NCBI GenBank assembly: GCA_035703635.1
Contig: DASSXV010000004.1
Location: forward strand, 1-64,000
Reading direction: 5' to 3'
Length of the DNA stretch: 64,000 nucleotides
Source of the DNA: Trueperaceae bacterium
Lineage (GTDB): Bacteria; Deinococcota; Deinococci; Deinococcales; Trueperaceae
Shown: piece by piece, positions 37,246 to 48,481 of the stretch
Layout: each line of letters starts with the position of its first letter
Position numbering within the stretch: position 1 is the first letter of the stretch
Translations under genes and position numbers: made by a program
The notes under the pieces: model-generated
The model's database searches: none
Told to the model about the DNA's origin: nothing
What the model saw: only the letters and a program-made list of their open reading frames with translations

Positions 37246-37356
37246 GCTCCTCAACCCCTTTCGCTGCCTAGTATCTTATTCTGTCGGCGTTGCAGCCAGG
37301 GACATGCGCCCTAGGACTAATGTCCTGCACGCATAGAACGAACTACGGGGTGATAC

Positions 37357-38490
37357 ATGACCAGGTTATCGGGGAGGCTCGTTCTGCCACACGGGCTCGT
37401 GACTGGCACGATCACGTACGGCCCTCACATCGAGGCCGTCGAGGTAGTCGACGCCCCGGACGCGGGCGCCGGCCTGCCCATCATCCTGCCCGGGTTCATA
37501 GACACGCATGTTCATGGCGGCGGCGGCGCGGACACGATGGACGGGCTTCGAGGCGTCGAGGGCGTGGCGCGTTTCCACGTTTCGCACGGCGTTACCACCT
37601 TGCTACCGACTACCATCACGCACCCGTGGCCGGACGTCATGGCCGCCCTAGCCGGCGTTGCCGAGTACATGGCCTCCGCCGCGGGCGACAGGCGCGCCGA
37701 GGTGGTGGCCGACGTGCCTGGTGCTCACCTCGAGGGTCCGTTCATCAACCCGCAGCGCCTCGGCGCGCAACCGCCGTTCGCCACCCTCCCCGTGCCTGAG
37801 CTAGTCGAGGAAGTGATCGCGACGGGCGTCGTGCGCGTCGTGACCATGGCCCCTGAACTGGAGCACGCACTCGAGGCGGCAGTGCGCTTCGCGACCGCAG
37901 GCGTGCGCGTCTCGTTCGGCCACACCAACGCCACCGCGGAGGAGGTCGTGGCCGTGGCGGCCGCGGTTAGGGCCGCGGGTGGAGTGGTCGGGTTCACGCA
38001 CCTCTTCAACGCCATGACCCAGCTCAGCGGCCGCGAACCAGGCGCGGTAGGCGCGGCCTTGGCGGACGCCCACGCGTTCGCGGAGCTCATCTTCGACCTC
38101 CACCACGTCGCGCCGACGAGCTTCAAGGCGGCGCTGGCCGCCAAGCAGCACAAGTTGCACCTCATAACGGACGCCATCCGCGCGTGCGGGCAGGCCGAGG
38201 GCGTTAGCGAACTTGGCGGCCAGGTCGTCACCGTGAAGGACGGCGCGGCGCGCCTAGCTAACGGGACGCTGGCCGGTAGCGTCCTCACCCTTGATCAGGC
38301 GCTGCGCAACGCCGTCTCGCAAGGGGTAGACCTGCCTACCGCCAGCCGCGCGTTGTCCGGTGTGCCAGCCGCCTACCTCGGACTCGAGGACCGCGGCGCG
38401 CTGATGGCAGGCGCACGCGCAGACATGGTCGTGCTAGACAACGATCTGCGCGTGCAGGAAGTGTTCGTGGCTGGCAGGTCGCTAGGCTGA
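37357..38490 (+). CDS. nagA: N-acetylglucosamine-6-phosphate deacetylase
   Basis: PGFIDTHVHG, HLEGPF, GHT, THLFNAM, D.HH, TDA and LAGS. Confidence 0.96.
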   Translation: MTRLSGRLVLPHGLVTGTITYGPHIEAVEVVDAPDAGAGLPIILPGFIDTHVHGGGGADTMDGLRGVEGVARFHVSHGVTTLLPTTITHPWPDVMAALAGVAEYMASAAGDRRAEVVADVPGAHLEGPFINPQRLGAQPPFATLPVPELVEEVIATGVVRVVTMAPELEHALEAAVRFATAGVRVSFGHTNATAEEVVAVAAAVRAAGGVVGFTHLFNAMTQLSGREPGAVGAALADAHAFAELIFDLHHVAPTSFKAALAAKQHKLHLITDAIRACGQAEGVSELGGQVVTVKDGAARLANGTLAGSVLTLDQALRNAVSQGVDLPTASRALSGVPAAYLGLEDRGALMAGARADMVVLDNDLRVQEVFVAGRSLG

Positions 38491-38513
38491 GGCGGCGCGG
38501 CCTAGCGGCGCCG

Positions 38514-40841
38514 TCAGGTTGCCAAGGCTTCGTCGACGAGGCGTTTGACGAGTTCTGGGTCAGCGCGCCCAGCGGTCGCGCGCATGACCTGGCCGACGAA
38601 GAAGCCCTTGAGTCCGACCCTGCCGCCGCGGAACGCGGCTAGTTCGCCTGGGTGCGCCGCGAGGGTCTCGGTGATGACGGTACGGACGGCGTCGTCATCG
38701 CCAAGCCTCTCGAGCCCGCGTTCAGCCACGAGACGCGCGGGTGAACCACCAGACGCCGCCACTTCGGTAAGGAGTTCCCTTGCCACGCGCAGGGTGATGG
38801 TGCCAGCGTCGACGAGGTTGGCCAGTTCGGCGAGCGCGCCCGGAGCAAGGCGCGAGTCGGGCGCGTCTTTCAGGAGGCGAGCCACGTCGTTGACGACCCA
38901 GTTCGCGACGCTGCGCGGAGCAGCTCCGGCTTCGACGGCTCCGGCGTAACTGGCGTACAGCTCAGCGCGGGGCGCCAAGATGGCCGCATCGTGCGCGGGT
39001 ACGCCCTGCGCCGCCATGGCGTCGAAGCGCTGGCGCGCCGCCGCGCTGAGGCTGGCTGGGTCGAAGTCGGGGGCGGCCGGCTCCGGCGCCGCGGGAGCCT
39101 CGGTGGTTGCGGTAGCGGGCGGGCGCGACCGCTTGTCGGCAGCGTTCTTCGACCGTGCGTCCTTGAGGGCCACGATGCGGTTGAACACGGGCGCAGCAAC
39201 GGTGAGGCCATCCGTTGGGTCGCGCCAGAAGTAGCCAAGGCGCTCGAACTGGTAACGCTGGTCGAGAGGGTCGTTCAGCACGCTCGGCTCGATGAAGCCT
39301 TGCGTCACGCGCAGGGCGTCGGGGTTCACGTAGTCCAGTAGGTCGCCTTCCGCGCCGTCCGGGTCTGGCACGGTGAACAACCGGTCGTAGAGACGCGCCG
39401 TGAACGGCACACCCTTCGTGGCAGACACCCAATGAATGGCCGCCGTTACCTTCACGCCAGGCGGGTTGGCGTCACCTTCGAAGGCGTGCGCACGCAACTC
39501 GGTGACGGCGCCGCTGGCGTCCTTGATGACCTCGTCCAAGCGGATGACCGGCCCATGGCGCAGGCGCACGGCCCTGCCTGGCGCCAGCCGCTTGAAGCCG
39601 GGTGGCGGCACCTCTTCGAAGTCGCTTGCCTCGATGTAGATCTCGCGGGTCAGCGGAACTGGCCTGCTGCCCTCGCCAGGCACGTCCGCCGGCCAATAGG
39701 GCGCGTCTAGCTCGCGAACCGAACCCTCCGCCACGTTCGCGAGAACGACCTTCAGGGGCTCCAGCACGGCCAGTACGCGCGGCGCGATGGGGTTCAGGTC
39801 GTCCCTGATGCTCGAGTCGAGGAGCGCGAGGTCAGTGCGACTGTTGGCCCTGGCCACGCCGACGCGGTTCGTGAACTCGCGGATGGCCTCGGGCCGCACG
39901 CCGCGCCTACGCAAGGCCGAGATGGTAGGCATGCGCGGGTCGTCCCACGAGCTAACGACGCCCTCGCGCACGAGCCGGATGAGCTTGCGCTTGCTGACCA
40001 CGGTGTAGTCCAGCACTAGCCGCGCGAACTCGTACTGGTGCGGCCGGGGGCTGCCGACGAGGCGCTCTAGGACCCAATCGTAGACTTCGCGGTTGTTATC
40101 GAACTCGAGGGTGCAGAGGCTGTGGGAAACGCCCTCGATGGCGTCAGAGAGGGGGTGGGCGAAGTCGTACATGGGGTAGATGGGCCACTCGTTGCCGGTG
40201 CGGTAGTGGGCAGCGTCAACGATGCGGTAGAGAATCGGGTCGCGCATCTTCATGTTGGCTGCGCTCATGTCGATCTTCGCGCGCAGCACGTGCTCGCCCG
40301 GGCCGAACTCGCCGTCGCGCATGCGGGCGAAGAGGTCGAGGTTCTCCTCGACGCTACGCTCGCGGAACGGGCTGTTGCGCCCCGCCTCCGTCACGCTGCC
40401 GCGGTAATCGCGGATCTGCTCCTCGTTGAGGCTGTCGACGTAGGCGTCGCCCATATTGATGAGCGTGACTGCGTAATCGTAGAGCTGCCCGAAATAGTCA
40501 CTGGCGTGCCGCACGGCGTGCCACTCGAAGCCGAGCCAGCGCACGTCGCGCTCGATGGCGGCGACGAACTCCGGGTCCTCTGTTACGGGGTTCGTGTCGT
40601 CGTAACGCAAGTACGTGACGCCGCGGTAGTCGTTGGCCACCCCGAAGTCGAGCTGGATGGCTTTGGCGTGCCCGATATGCAGGTAACCGTTCGGTTCCGG
40701 TGGGAAGCGCGTGACGACGTGCTCCAGCTCGCCGCTCGCCAAGTCGCGGTCGATGATGTCGGTTATGAAGTTGGGGGCGACTGTGCGGTCCGCTGCTGTC
40801 TCTGGCGGGCGCGACTTCGGTAAGGCTTCCACGGTGTTCAA
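38514..40841 (-). CDS. glnS: Glutamine--tRNA ligase with a C-terminal Yqey/GatB-like domain
   Basis: TRFPPEPNGYLHIGH, CTLEF, VSKRKL and QFERLGYF, then a Pro/Ala linker and ANWVVND..GFFVGQVMRAT.GRADP. Confidence 0.97.
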   Translation of the reverse strand: MNTVEALPKSRPPETAADRTVAPNFITDIIDRDLASGELEHVVTRFPPEPNGYLHIGHAKAIQLDFGVANDYRGVTYLRYDDTNPVTEDPEFVAAIERDVRWLGFEWHAVRHASDYFGQLYDYAVTLINMGDAYVDSLNEEQIRDYRGSVTEAGRNSPFRERSVEENLDLFARMRDGEFGPGEHVLRAKIDMSAANMKMRDPILYRIVDAAHYRTGNEWPIYPMYDFAHPLSDAIEGVSHSLCTLEFDNNREVYDWVLERLVGSPRPHQYEFARLVLDYTVVSKRKLIRLVREGVVSSWDDPRMPTISALRRRGVRPEAIREFTNRVGVARANSRTDLALLDSSIRDDLNPIAPRVLAVLEPLKVVLANVAEGSVRELDAPYWPADVPGEGSRPVPLTREIYIEASDFEEVPPPGFKRLAPGRAVRLRHGPVIRLDEVIKDASGAVTELRAHAFEGDANPPGVKVTAAIHWVSATKGVPFTARLYDRLFTVPDPDGAEGDLLDYVNPDALRVTQGFIEPSVLNDPLDQRYQFERLGYFWRDPTDGLTVAAPVFNRIVALKDARSKNAADKRSRPPATATTEAPAAPEPAAPDFDPASLSAAARQRFDAMAAQGVPAHDAAILAPRAELYASYAGAVEAGAAPRSVANWVVNDVARLLKDAPDSRLAPGALAELANLVDAGTITLRVARELLTEVAASGGSPARLVAERGLERLGDDDAVRTVITETLAAHPGELAAFRGGRVGLKGFFVGQVMRATAGRADPELVKRLVDEALAT

Positions 40842-40951
40842 GGCTCCTCGGGCGGCGCTGGCGGGCGAGGGACCTCCTCAGCGCTGGCGCGCGGCGGCCT
40901 CCACTGTACCGCACGGCCGGGGTGCGCCTCGCCGTTGCCCCTCGCGAGCAG

Positions 40952-41881
40952 CTAGCGCAGGATCACGAGGGTGACGAAGAAGTAGGTGACGGGGAAAGCG
41001 ATGAGGGCGCTGTCGATGCGGTCGAGGACCCCGCCATGGCCGGGCAGGAACACGCCGGCGTCCTTGACGCCCGCCCAGCGCTTCAGTAGCGACTCGAAGA
41101 GGTCACCCAACTGCGCGGCGCTCGAAACCAGCAAGCTGAAGAGGAGCCCGTCGTAGACGTTCACGTGCAGGCCCGCGCGGCGCTCTAGGTAGACGAGCGC
41201 TGCCCCGACCACGGCCGCGGCCAGAACGAGCCCGCCGATCGAGCCCTCTACTGACTTGTTCGGGCTAATGAGCGGCGCCAACTGCCGTTTACCGAAGAGG
41301 CTCCCGAAGATGTACGCTCCCACGTCGGTAGCAACGACAGCTAGGGCCGGCAGGGTCAAGTACCAGAGGCCGAGCACTCCGTCTGGCGTGTACCTCAAGG
41401 TGATGATGTAACCGAAGAGCCACGGGATGTACAGGTAACCGAAGAACGAGAACACTACCGCCTGCAGCGAGTTGCGGTTGGGGTTGGCGAGCTCGAGCGC
41501 CACCAAGTAGAGGGCGAAGAGGCCGATGAGCGCCTCGCGCCAACTGACTCCCGCGATGAGCGGCTGCATGCCAGGGTAGCTGATCGGCAACGAGGCAGGC
41601 AGCGTGAGGACGGCGGCTACCCAGATGCTGCGTTTGCGGATGGGTATGCCGCGCAGGCTCATCAGCGCGGTGTACTCCTGGACGGCCACGAGCGTGAGGA
41701 TCAGGTAGACGGGCGCAAGCAGCGGCAGCCCGACCCACAAGACGAGGAGCGTGACCACGAAAGCAACCAGCGCCGACACTATGCGCGGCAGATGCTTGCG
41801 CGCGCGCGTCTCGGCACTTGGGGCCTCGAGTTGGCTCAGGGCGCCCGAGTTGAAGTCGTCGTCGGGCAGGTTGGGAGTCAC
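40952..41881 (-). CDS. cdsA: Phosphatidate cytidylyltransferase
   Basis: D.GAY, SPNKSVEG, GDLFESLLKR..GVKD and PGHGGVLDRID. Confidence 0.96.
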   Translation of the reverse strand: MTPNLPDDDFNSGALSQLEAPSAETRARKHLPRIVSALVAFVVTLLVLWVGLPLLAPVYLILTLVAVQEYTALMSLRGIPIRKRSIWVAAVLTLPASLPISYPGMQPLIAGVSWREALIGLFALYLVALELANPNRNSLQAVVFSFFGYLYIPWLFGYIITLRYTPDGVLGLWYLTLPALAVVATDVGAYIFGSLFGKRQLAPLISPNKSVEGSIGGLVLAAAVVGAALVYLERRAGLHVNVYDGLLFSLLVSSAAQLGDLFESLLKRWAGVKDAGVFLPGHGGVLDRIDSALIAFPVTYFFVTLVILR

Positions 41882-42438
41882 ACCGCGAGGATGTCCGTCT
41901 CCTTAACTTTCGTCCTGGCATCGACTTTGGCGATGAACTCGTCCGTTGCCTTCTGCACGTCGGCCTCTGCGCGGCGCAGGTCGTCCTCGCTCAGGTCGCC
42001 GTCCTTCTGGGCGGCGCGGAGCTCCGTCAGCACGTCGCGCCGTATGTTTCTTATGGCCACGCGCGCTTCCTCCGCGAGTTGGTGCACGGACTTGACGAGG
42101 TCGCGGCGGCGCTCGTCGTTGAGCGCTGGAACGGTGATGAAGATGCTGTCGCCCTGGTTGCTTGGGTTGAAGCCGAGGTCAGCCTCGAGGATGGCCTTCT
42201 CGATGCCCTTGGCAACGCTCTTGTCGAACGGGGTGATGAGCAGCGTGCGTGGATCTGGGGTCGAGATGTTGGCGAGTTGGGCGAGCGGCGTCATCGCGCC
42301 GTAGTACTCGACCACTACGCGACCTAACACGGCTGGGTTAGCGCGGCCGGTGCGGACGGTAGACAGGTTGGACTGGAAGGCGTCAACGCTCTTCTGCATC
42401 CGCTCGCGCGCTTCGTTGAGTGGGTTGGGCATGCCCAT
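41878..42438 (-). CDS. frr: Ribosome recycling factor
   Basis: RTGRANP, DLGFNP, ERRRDLVK and RVAIRNIRRD. Confidence 0.98.
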   Translation of the reverse strand: MGMPNPLNEARERMQKSVDAFQSNLSTVRTGRANPAVLGRVVVEYYGAMTPLAQLANISTPDPRTLLITPFDKSVAKGIEKAILEADLGFNPSNQGDSIFITVPALNDERRRDLVKSVHQLAEEARVAIRNIRRDVLTELRAAQKDGDLSEDDLRRAEADVQKATDEFIAKVDARTKVKETDILAV

Positions 42439-42499
42439 TACCTCCGGGGCCAGATGGCGTGTGACATGAGTCTACCGCGGCCGCGGCGCCGACCTCTTG

Positions 42500-43829
<1,330 letters not shown>

Positions 43830-43945
43830 CTTGCGTCTTCCCTTCGGTCCCGCTGGTGCGCGGGACTTGCACGGTCAGGGCTGGCCGGACTGGCGGCCCT
43901 CACCGGATGTGGTTCCTTGGCCGCGCTTGCGCGGCCCGTGCTGCC

Positions 43946-44848
43946 TTAGTCTTCCGCGACCTCGTCTTCGTCGAGGACTTCCTCGCCCGACTCGACCTCG
44001 CTCACCTCTGGGGCCTTGGTGACCACTTCGGAGGAGCGCATGGCAGGTGCCGGGGCGTCTGGCCCTTCGGCCGCTGCAGCGGCTTCCTGGATGGCGCGCT
44101 CGGGGCCGGACATCGGCATGCTGAGCGTCTCGCGGTCGTCGGACTCGGCTGCCGCGCCGGCGTCCTCGCCTCCGCGCATCTCGATGATGACGTCGGCTAG
44201 CCGCGCGGTCACCAACTGGATGGAGCGGATGGCGTCGTCGTTGCCCGGGATGATGAAGTCGAGCACGTCGGGATCGGAGTCCGTGTCTGCCAACGCCACG
44301 ACGGGGATGTCGAGCTTGTTGGCTTCCTTCACCGCGATGGCCTCCTTGGCCGGGTCGATGATGAAGAGCGCGTCTGGCAGGCGGTTGAGGTCGCGGATGC
44401 CGCCCAGGTAGCGCTGGAGACGCTGGAGTTCCTTGCCGAGGTCGATCTGCTCCTTCTTGGTGAAGCGCAGGATCGATTCGTCCTCGAACATCGCTTCTAG
44501 CTCACGCAGGCGCTCTACGCGCGTGCGGATGGTCTTGAAGTTAGTGAGTAGGCCGCCTAGCCACCGTTCGTTGATGTAAGGCATGCCGCAGCGCCGCGCC
44601 TCGGCGGCGAGGATCTCCTGGGCCTGCTTCTTGGCGCCAACGAAGAGGATGGTGCCGCCACGCCCTGCGAGGTCGCGGAGGAAGTCGAACGACTTCTCGC
44701 TCTCGACTAGGGTCTTCTGCAGGTCGATGATGAAGATGCCGTTGCGCTCGGCGAAGATGTAACGCTTCATCTTCGGGTTGCAGCGCTTCGTCTCGTGGCC
44801 GAAGTGCACGCCGGCCTCGAGGAGTTGCTTCATTCCTAAGTACGACAC
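43946..44848 (-). CDS. rpsB: 30S ribosomal protein S2 with an acidic C-terminal extension
   Basis: [20 protein letters not shown] and [17 protein letters not shown] before GTG 44848. Confidence 0.98.
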   Translation of the reverse strand: MSYLGMKQLLEAGVHFGHETKRCNPKMKRYIFAERNGIFIIDLQKTLVESEKSFDFLRDLAGRGGTILFVGAKKQAQEILAAEARRCGMPYINERWLGGLLTNFKTIRTRVERLRELEAMFEDESILRFTKKEQIDLGKELQRLQRYLGGIRDLNRLPDALFIIDPAKEAIAVKEANKLDIPVVALADTDSDPDVLDFIIPGNDDAIRSIQLVTARLADVIIEMRGGEDAGAAAESDDRETLSMPMSGPERAIQEAAAAAEGPDAPAPAMRSSEVVTKAPEVSEVESGEEVLDEDEVAED

Positions 44849-44994
44849 TTTGTTCCTCCATGGCGGGATGTTGAGGTCGATATCGGTGAGCCTGGCTGCT
44901 AGTAGCCGCCTTGGTGGTGTTGCACCGGCTGCGCCCAAGTATCGATTGGCTAAGGCGGACATCCCGCTGCCGCCAGCCAAACCTATGAAGTATA
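44849..44994 (-). promoter_or_regulatory. rpsB promoter and structured leader
   Basis: -10 TATACT at 44994-44989. Hairpin TTGGCT-GGCGG..CCGCC-TT-AGCCAA, plus a long-range GCGGGATGT/ACATCCCGC complement. Confidence 0.6.
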
Positions 44995-45103
44995 CAGGGT
45001 GCCCGCGCGCTAGTCCACCGGGGAGGCGACCAGCTGGGCAAAAGATGCGGGCGCCAGGAGCATCGAGGTCCTGGCGCCCGCCTTCAAGCGGTTGTTGGTG
45101 CCG

Positions 45104-46240
45104 TTACTGGCCGAGCTCCGTGCGCGCTGCCTTGTAGTTCGGGTCGAGTTCGAGCGCGCGTTCGAAGGAGCGCTTGGCGTTCGCCTGGTCGTTGCTACCC
45201 GCGCGGCGCTGGTACGCCTTGCCGAGCCAGTAGTAGGCGTCGGCGCTTGGTGGCGGGAGGAGGGAGCCATACTCTGCGTACTTGACGGCCTCGTCGATGC
45301 GACCGACGGTCATGTACGCGCGCGCGAGGTAGGTGTAGACGGGGGGCAGGAAGACGGCTCCCTCGAGGGCAACCGCGGCCTCGAGCTTGGACACGCTGCC
45401 AGCCACGTCGCCGCACTCGAAGAGCGCGATGCCGAGCTGTGAAACGGATGAGACGGAGTCCGGCGCCAAGCTGGCGGCCTGCGACAGTTCGTACTCTGCG
45501 GTGGCGCAGTCGCCGATGCGGTACGCGATGTTGCCGAGGTTGTTGTGGGCGGTGGCGCTAGATGGGTCGATCACGACAGCGCGGCGGAACGCAGCCAGTG
45601 CCAGGTCGAACTCGGAGAGGTCGCGGTAGACGCGGCCCAAGTTCACCTGTACGGTGCTCTTCTCGTTGGCTGACAGGCTCGAGACGCTCGTGTCGGCGCT
45701 TACGAGGGTTACGGCGCGCTCGAGGGTCGTGCGGGCAGCGGCGAGGTCGCCGAGGAGGTAGAGGATGACGCCCTTGGTGTTCTGGACGCGCCAGTCGTCA
45801 GGCTTGATGCGCTCTGCGCGCTGGATGGTGTCGAGCGCGTCGGCGAGGCGGCCGGAGTAGGCGGTCGGGTCTGACTGGAACTGGTTCTGGTAGGTGATGG
45901 CCAGGTACACGTGGGCGTCCACCAAGTTGGGGTCGGCTGCCTGGGCGGCCTGGAAGGCGTCGATGGCGGCCTTGTAAGCGCCTTGGCAGGATAGCGAGCG
46001 CCCCTTGCCAACGAGTGCGACGGCGTTGCTCGGTTCGCTGCGGAGCGCTTCTTGGTAGAAGAACTGAGCCAAGGCGCAATCGCCTCGGTCGAGATAGAAG
46101 GCACCGTTCTCTATGAGGGTGGCGGGATCGAGCGGGGCCTGTTCCGCCTCTTGCGCGAAGGCGCCGCTGAAAGCCGCTAGCAGTAGCGCCGTAAGTGCGT
46201 ACTGCAGCAGAGTGGTGCTCGGTAACCTGGTCCTGATCAA
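45104..46240 (-). CDS. Exported tetratricopeptide-repeat protein
   Basis: SD GGAGG before TTG 46240, a signal peptide ending AFA-Q, and multiple TPRs (AHNNLG, A..YWLG..Y, ALELDP). Confidence 0.88.
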   Translation of the reverse strand: MIRTRLPSTTLLQYALTALLLAAFSGAFAQEAEQAPLDPATLIENGAFYLDRGDCALAQFFYQEALRSEPSNAVALVGKGRSLSCQGAYKAAIDAFQAAQAADPNLVDAHVYLAITYQNQFQSDPTAYSGRLADALDTIQRAERIKPDDWRVQNTKGVILYLLGDLAAARTTLERAVTLVSADTSVSSLSANEKSTVQVNLGRVYRDLSEFDLALAAFRRAVVIDPSSATAHNNLGNIAYRIGDCATAEYELSQAASLAPDSVSSVSQLGIALFECGDVAGSVSKLEAAVALEGAVFLPPVYTYLARAYMTVGRIDEAVKYAEYGSLLPPPSADAYYWLGKAYQRRAGSNDQANAKRSFERALELDPNYKAARTELGQ

Positions 46241-46581
46241 CTTATCCTCCGAAGAGCTAACTCGGTTCGGTGAGTGTATCATCACCCTCGCAAGCGGAAA
46301 GAACCCGGCAGTTGACGAGGTCCCCGCCTCCCGGCGTCGCGTTACATCATCGCTAACATGTGTGAGAGCGCCGTGTGCCGTGCCAGTCGGCATGTCGGCC
46401 ATGCCTTGAGGCACGGAAGCTTGGTCGGTTCGGCACTACGGGTAGCGCGTGGTGCGCTCTGATAGCATGGCACGGTTACGCGCCGGGCGGCAGCCATGGC
46501 TGCAGTGGCCGGGGCGGCGGATTATAGATGGCGCAAGGTTGCGCCAGCGGACCTCCCGAAGGAAGCGAGTCGAAGGCAGTA

Positions 46582-47556
46582 GTGAAACGTTCACCGATCT
46601 TGGTGTTGGCTTGGGTTGCGCTGATAAGCAACGTCGTCGTCATCTTGCAGGGCGCGTTCGTGCGCAGCACCGGCTCGGGCGCGGGCTGCGGCAGTCACTG
46701 GCCGACCTGCAACGGCGTCGTGGTGCCTCTCAACCCGTCGATCGAAACCATCATCGAGTTCAGCCACAGGCTGCTGTCCGGTGGCGTGCTCATCGTTGGC
46801 GCCTTGCTCCTGCTACTGGCGTTGCGCAAGAGGCGCGAGAACGTCGGCCTCGCCGTGTTCGCCAGCCTCAGTTTCGGCTTCTTGGTGCTCGAGGCGCTCA
46901 TCGGTGGAGCCACCGTGCTGCTCGGCATGACTGGCGAGAACACGACCGTCGCGCGCGGCGTGTGGGTGGCGTCGCACCTCGTCAACTCGATGTTGTTGAT
47001 CGGCATGTTGGCAGGAACGGTCGTTTACGCGAGCAGGACCAGGCCCGATTACCCCTTGCGCTTGAGGGCACAGACGGGTCTAGCTACCGTGACTGGCCTC
47101 GGGCTGCTGCTCATGCTCGTGCTCATGTTCACGGGTGGCATAGCTGCGATGGGCAACACCATGTTCCCGTCGGAGTCGCTAGCCGCTGGCCTGCGGGCCG
47201 ACTTCGACGTCAACTCGCACCCGCTGATCCGCCTGCGCCTTCTGCACCCCCTGATCGCCATCGCCGTCGGCACCTACCTGTTCGTCAGCCTCGGCATGGC
47301 GTGGTGGCTCAAGTCGGTGCCGCAAGCGGCGAACACGTCACGCGTGCTGCTTGGTGTTTACGTCAGCCAGCTCCTGCTTGGGACCGTCAACCTTGGACTG
47401 CAAGCGCCCGTCGTCCTGCAGCTCGCCCACCTGCTGGTGGCAGTGGCCGCGTACGCGCTGCTCGCGGCCACCTCGTTGCAACTACTAGGCGGGCGCCAAG
47501 CGGCGCTCGGTTCAGGCGCCGTGCGTGGCGCAGTTATGGAGAGCGCAAGATCGTGA
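46582..47556 (+). CDS. ctaA: Heme A synthase (COX15/CtaA)
   Basis: GA.VRSTGSG.GC..WPTC, EFSHR and further TM His residues (ASHL, LHP, AHL). The start is approximate. Confidence 0.9.
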   Translation: MKRSPILVLAWVALISNVVVILQGAFVRSTGSGAGCGSHWPTCNGVVVPLNPSIETIIEFSHRLLSGGVLIVGALLLLLALRKRRENVGLAVFASLSFGFLVLEALIGGATVLLGMTGENTTVARGVWVASHLVNSMLLIGMLAGTVVYASRTRPDYPLRLRAQTGLATVTGLGLLLMLVLMFTGGIAAMGNTMFPSESLAAGLRADFDVNSHPLIRLRLLHPLIAIAVGTYLFVSLGMAWWLKSVPQAANTSRVLLGVYVSQLLLGTVNLGLQAPVVLQLAHLLVAVAAYALLAATSLQLLGGRQAALGSGAVRGAVMESARS

Positions 47557-48467
47557 CAGACACCGTGCCCGCCGGAGCTCAGACCACCCGTGCCACTATC
47601 CGCGACTACTTCATCCTCACCAAGCCGAAGGTCATCTCGCTCCTGCTCCTCACCACGGCTGGCGCCATGTTCATAGCGGCTAGGGGCATGCCGAACTGGC
47701 TGGTGCTGCTTGGCACCCTCATCGGCGGTTACATGTCGGCCGGGGCGGCGGGTGTCTACAACATGGTCTACGACGCGGACATCGACGTGAACATGAAGCG
47801 CACCGCGAAGCGCCCGCTGGTGAAGGGCTCCGTAACGCCGCGCAACGCGCTGATCTTCGCTATCGCCCTCACGGTGCTCTCCTTCGTCGTCATCGCACTT
47901 ACGTCCAACGTGCTTGCCGCGCTCCTCAGTTGGGCAGGCATCGCCTTCTACGTGCTCATCTACACCATGTGGCTCAAGCGCAGCACCTGGCAGAACATCG
48001 TCATAGGTGGCGCCGCCGGCGCCATCCCACCCCTCGTCGGCTGGGCCGCCGTGACAGGCGACCTGAGCCTGCTCGCCTGGATCTTGTTCGCCGTCGTGTT
48101 CGTCTGGACGCCGGTGCATTTCTGGGCGCTGGCGTTGATGGTCAAGAAGGACTACGCCAACGTCGGCGTCCCCATGGCGCCAGCCATCATCGGCGAACGA
48201 GCGACCATCATGCAGATGATCTTCTACACGGTGCTAACGGTGGTGCTCACCATCCTGCCGTTCTTCCTGCACGAGTTCAGCATCGTCTACTTCGTTGCGG
48301 CGCTTGCCCTCAACGTCATGCTCGCCGTCCGCATGGCGCGCGTCTTCTTCGTCATGCGCTCCGGTCAGAGCGTTGACCGCGTGACGGCGCTGCCCCTCTA
48401 CAAGTACTCGATGAGTTACTTGGCGCTCCTCTTCCTCGCGATGGCGCTTGACCGCGTCATCTTCTGA
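47553..48467 (+). CDS. ctaB: Heme O synthase (protoheme IX farnesyltransferase)
   Basis: LTKPKV, N..YD.DID..MKRT..RP, YT.WLKR and WTPVHFWAL. GTGA overlap with ctaA. Confidence 0.95.
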   Translation: MTDTVPAGAQTTRATIRDYFILTKPKVISLLLLTTAGAMFIAARGMPNWLVLLGTLIGGYMSAGAAGVYNMVYDADIDVNMKRTAKRPLVKGSVTPRNALIFAIALTVLSFVVIALTSNVLAALLSWAGIAFYVLIYTMWLKRSTWQNIVIGGAAGAIPPLVGWAAVTGDLSLLAWILFAVVFVWTPVHFWALALMVKKDYANVGVPMAPAIIGERATIMQMIFYTVLTVVLTILPFFLHEFSIVYFVAALALNVMLAVRMARVFFVMRSGQSVDRVTALPLYKYSMSYLALLFLAMALDRVIF

Positions 48468-48481
48468 GCGCAACACCAACG

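Noticed and set aside
43847-43936. Hairpins between rpsB and tsf as an ncRNA or tRNA
   Set aside because: There is no cloverleaf or T-loop motif. They look like ordinary GC-rich intercistronic stems.
46449-47552. 672-aa ORF suggesting a long N-terminal extension or fusion on heme O synthase
   Set aside because: The extension is an Arg-rich shadow frame over ctaA. ctaB starts at GTG 47553, overlapping the ctaA stop.
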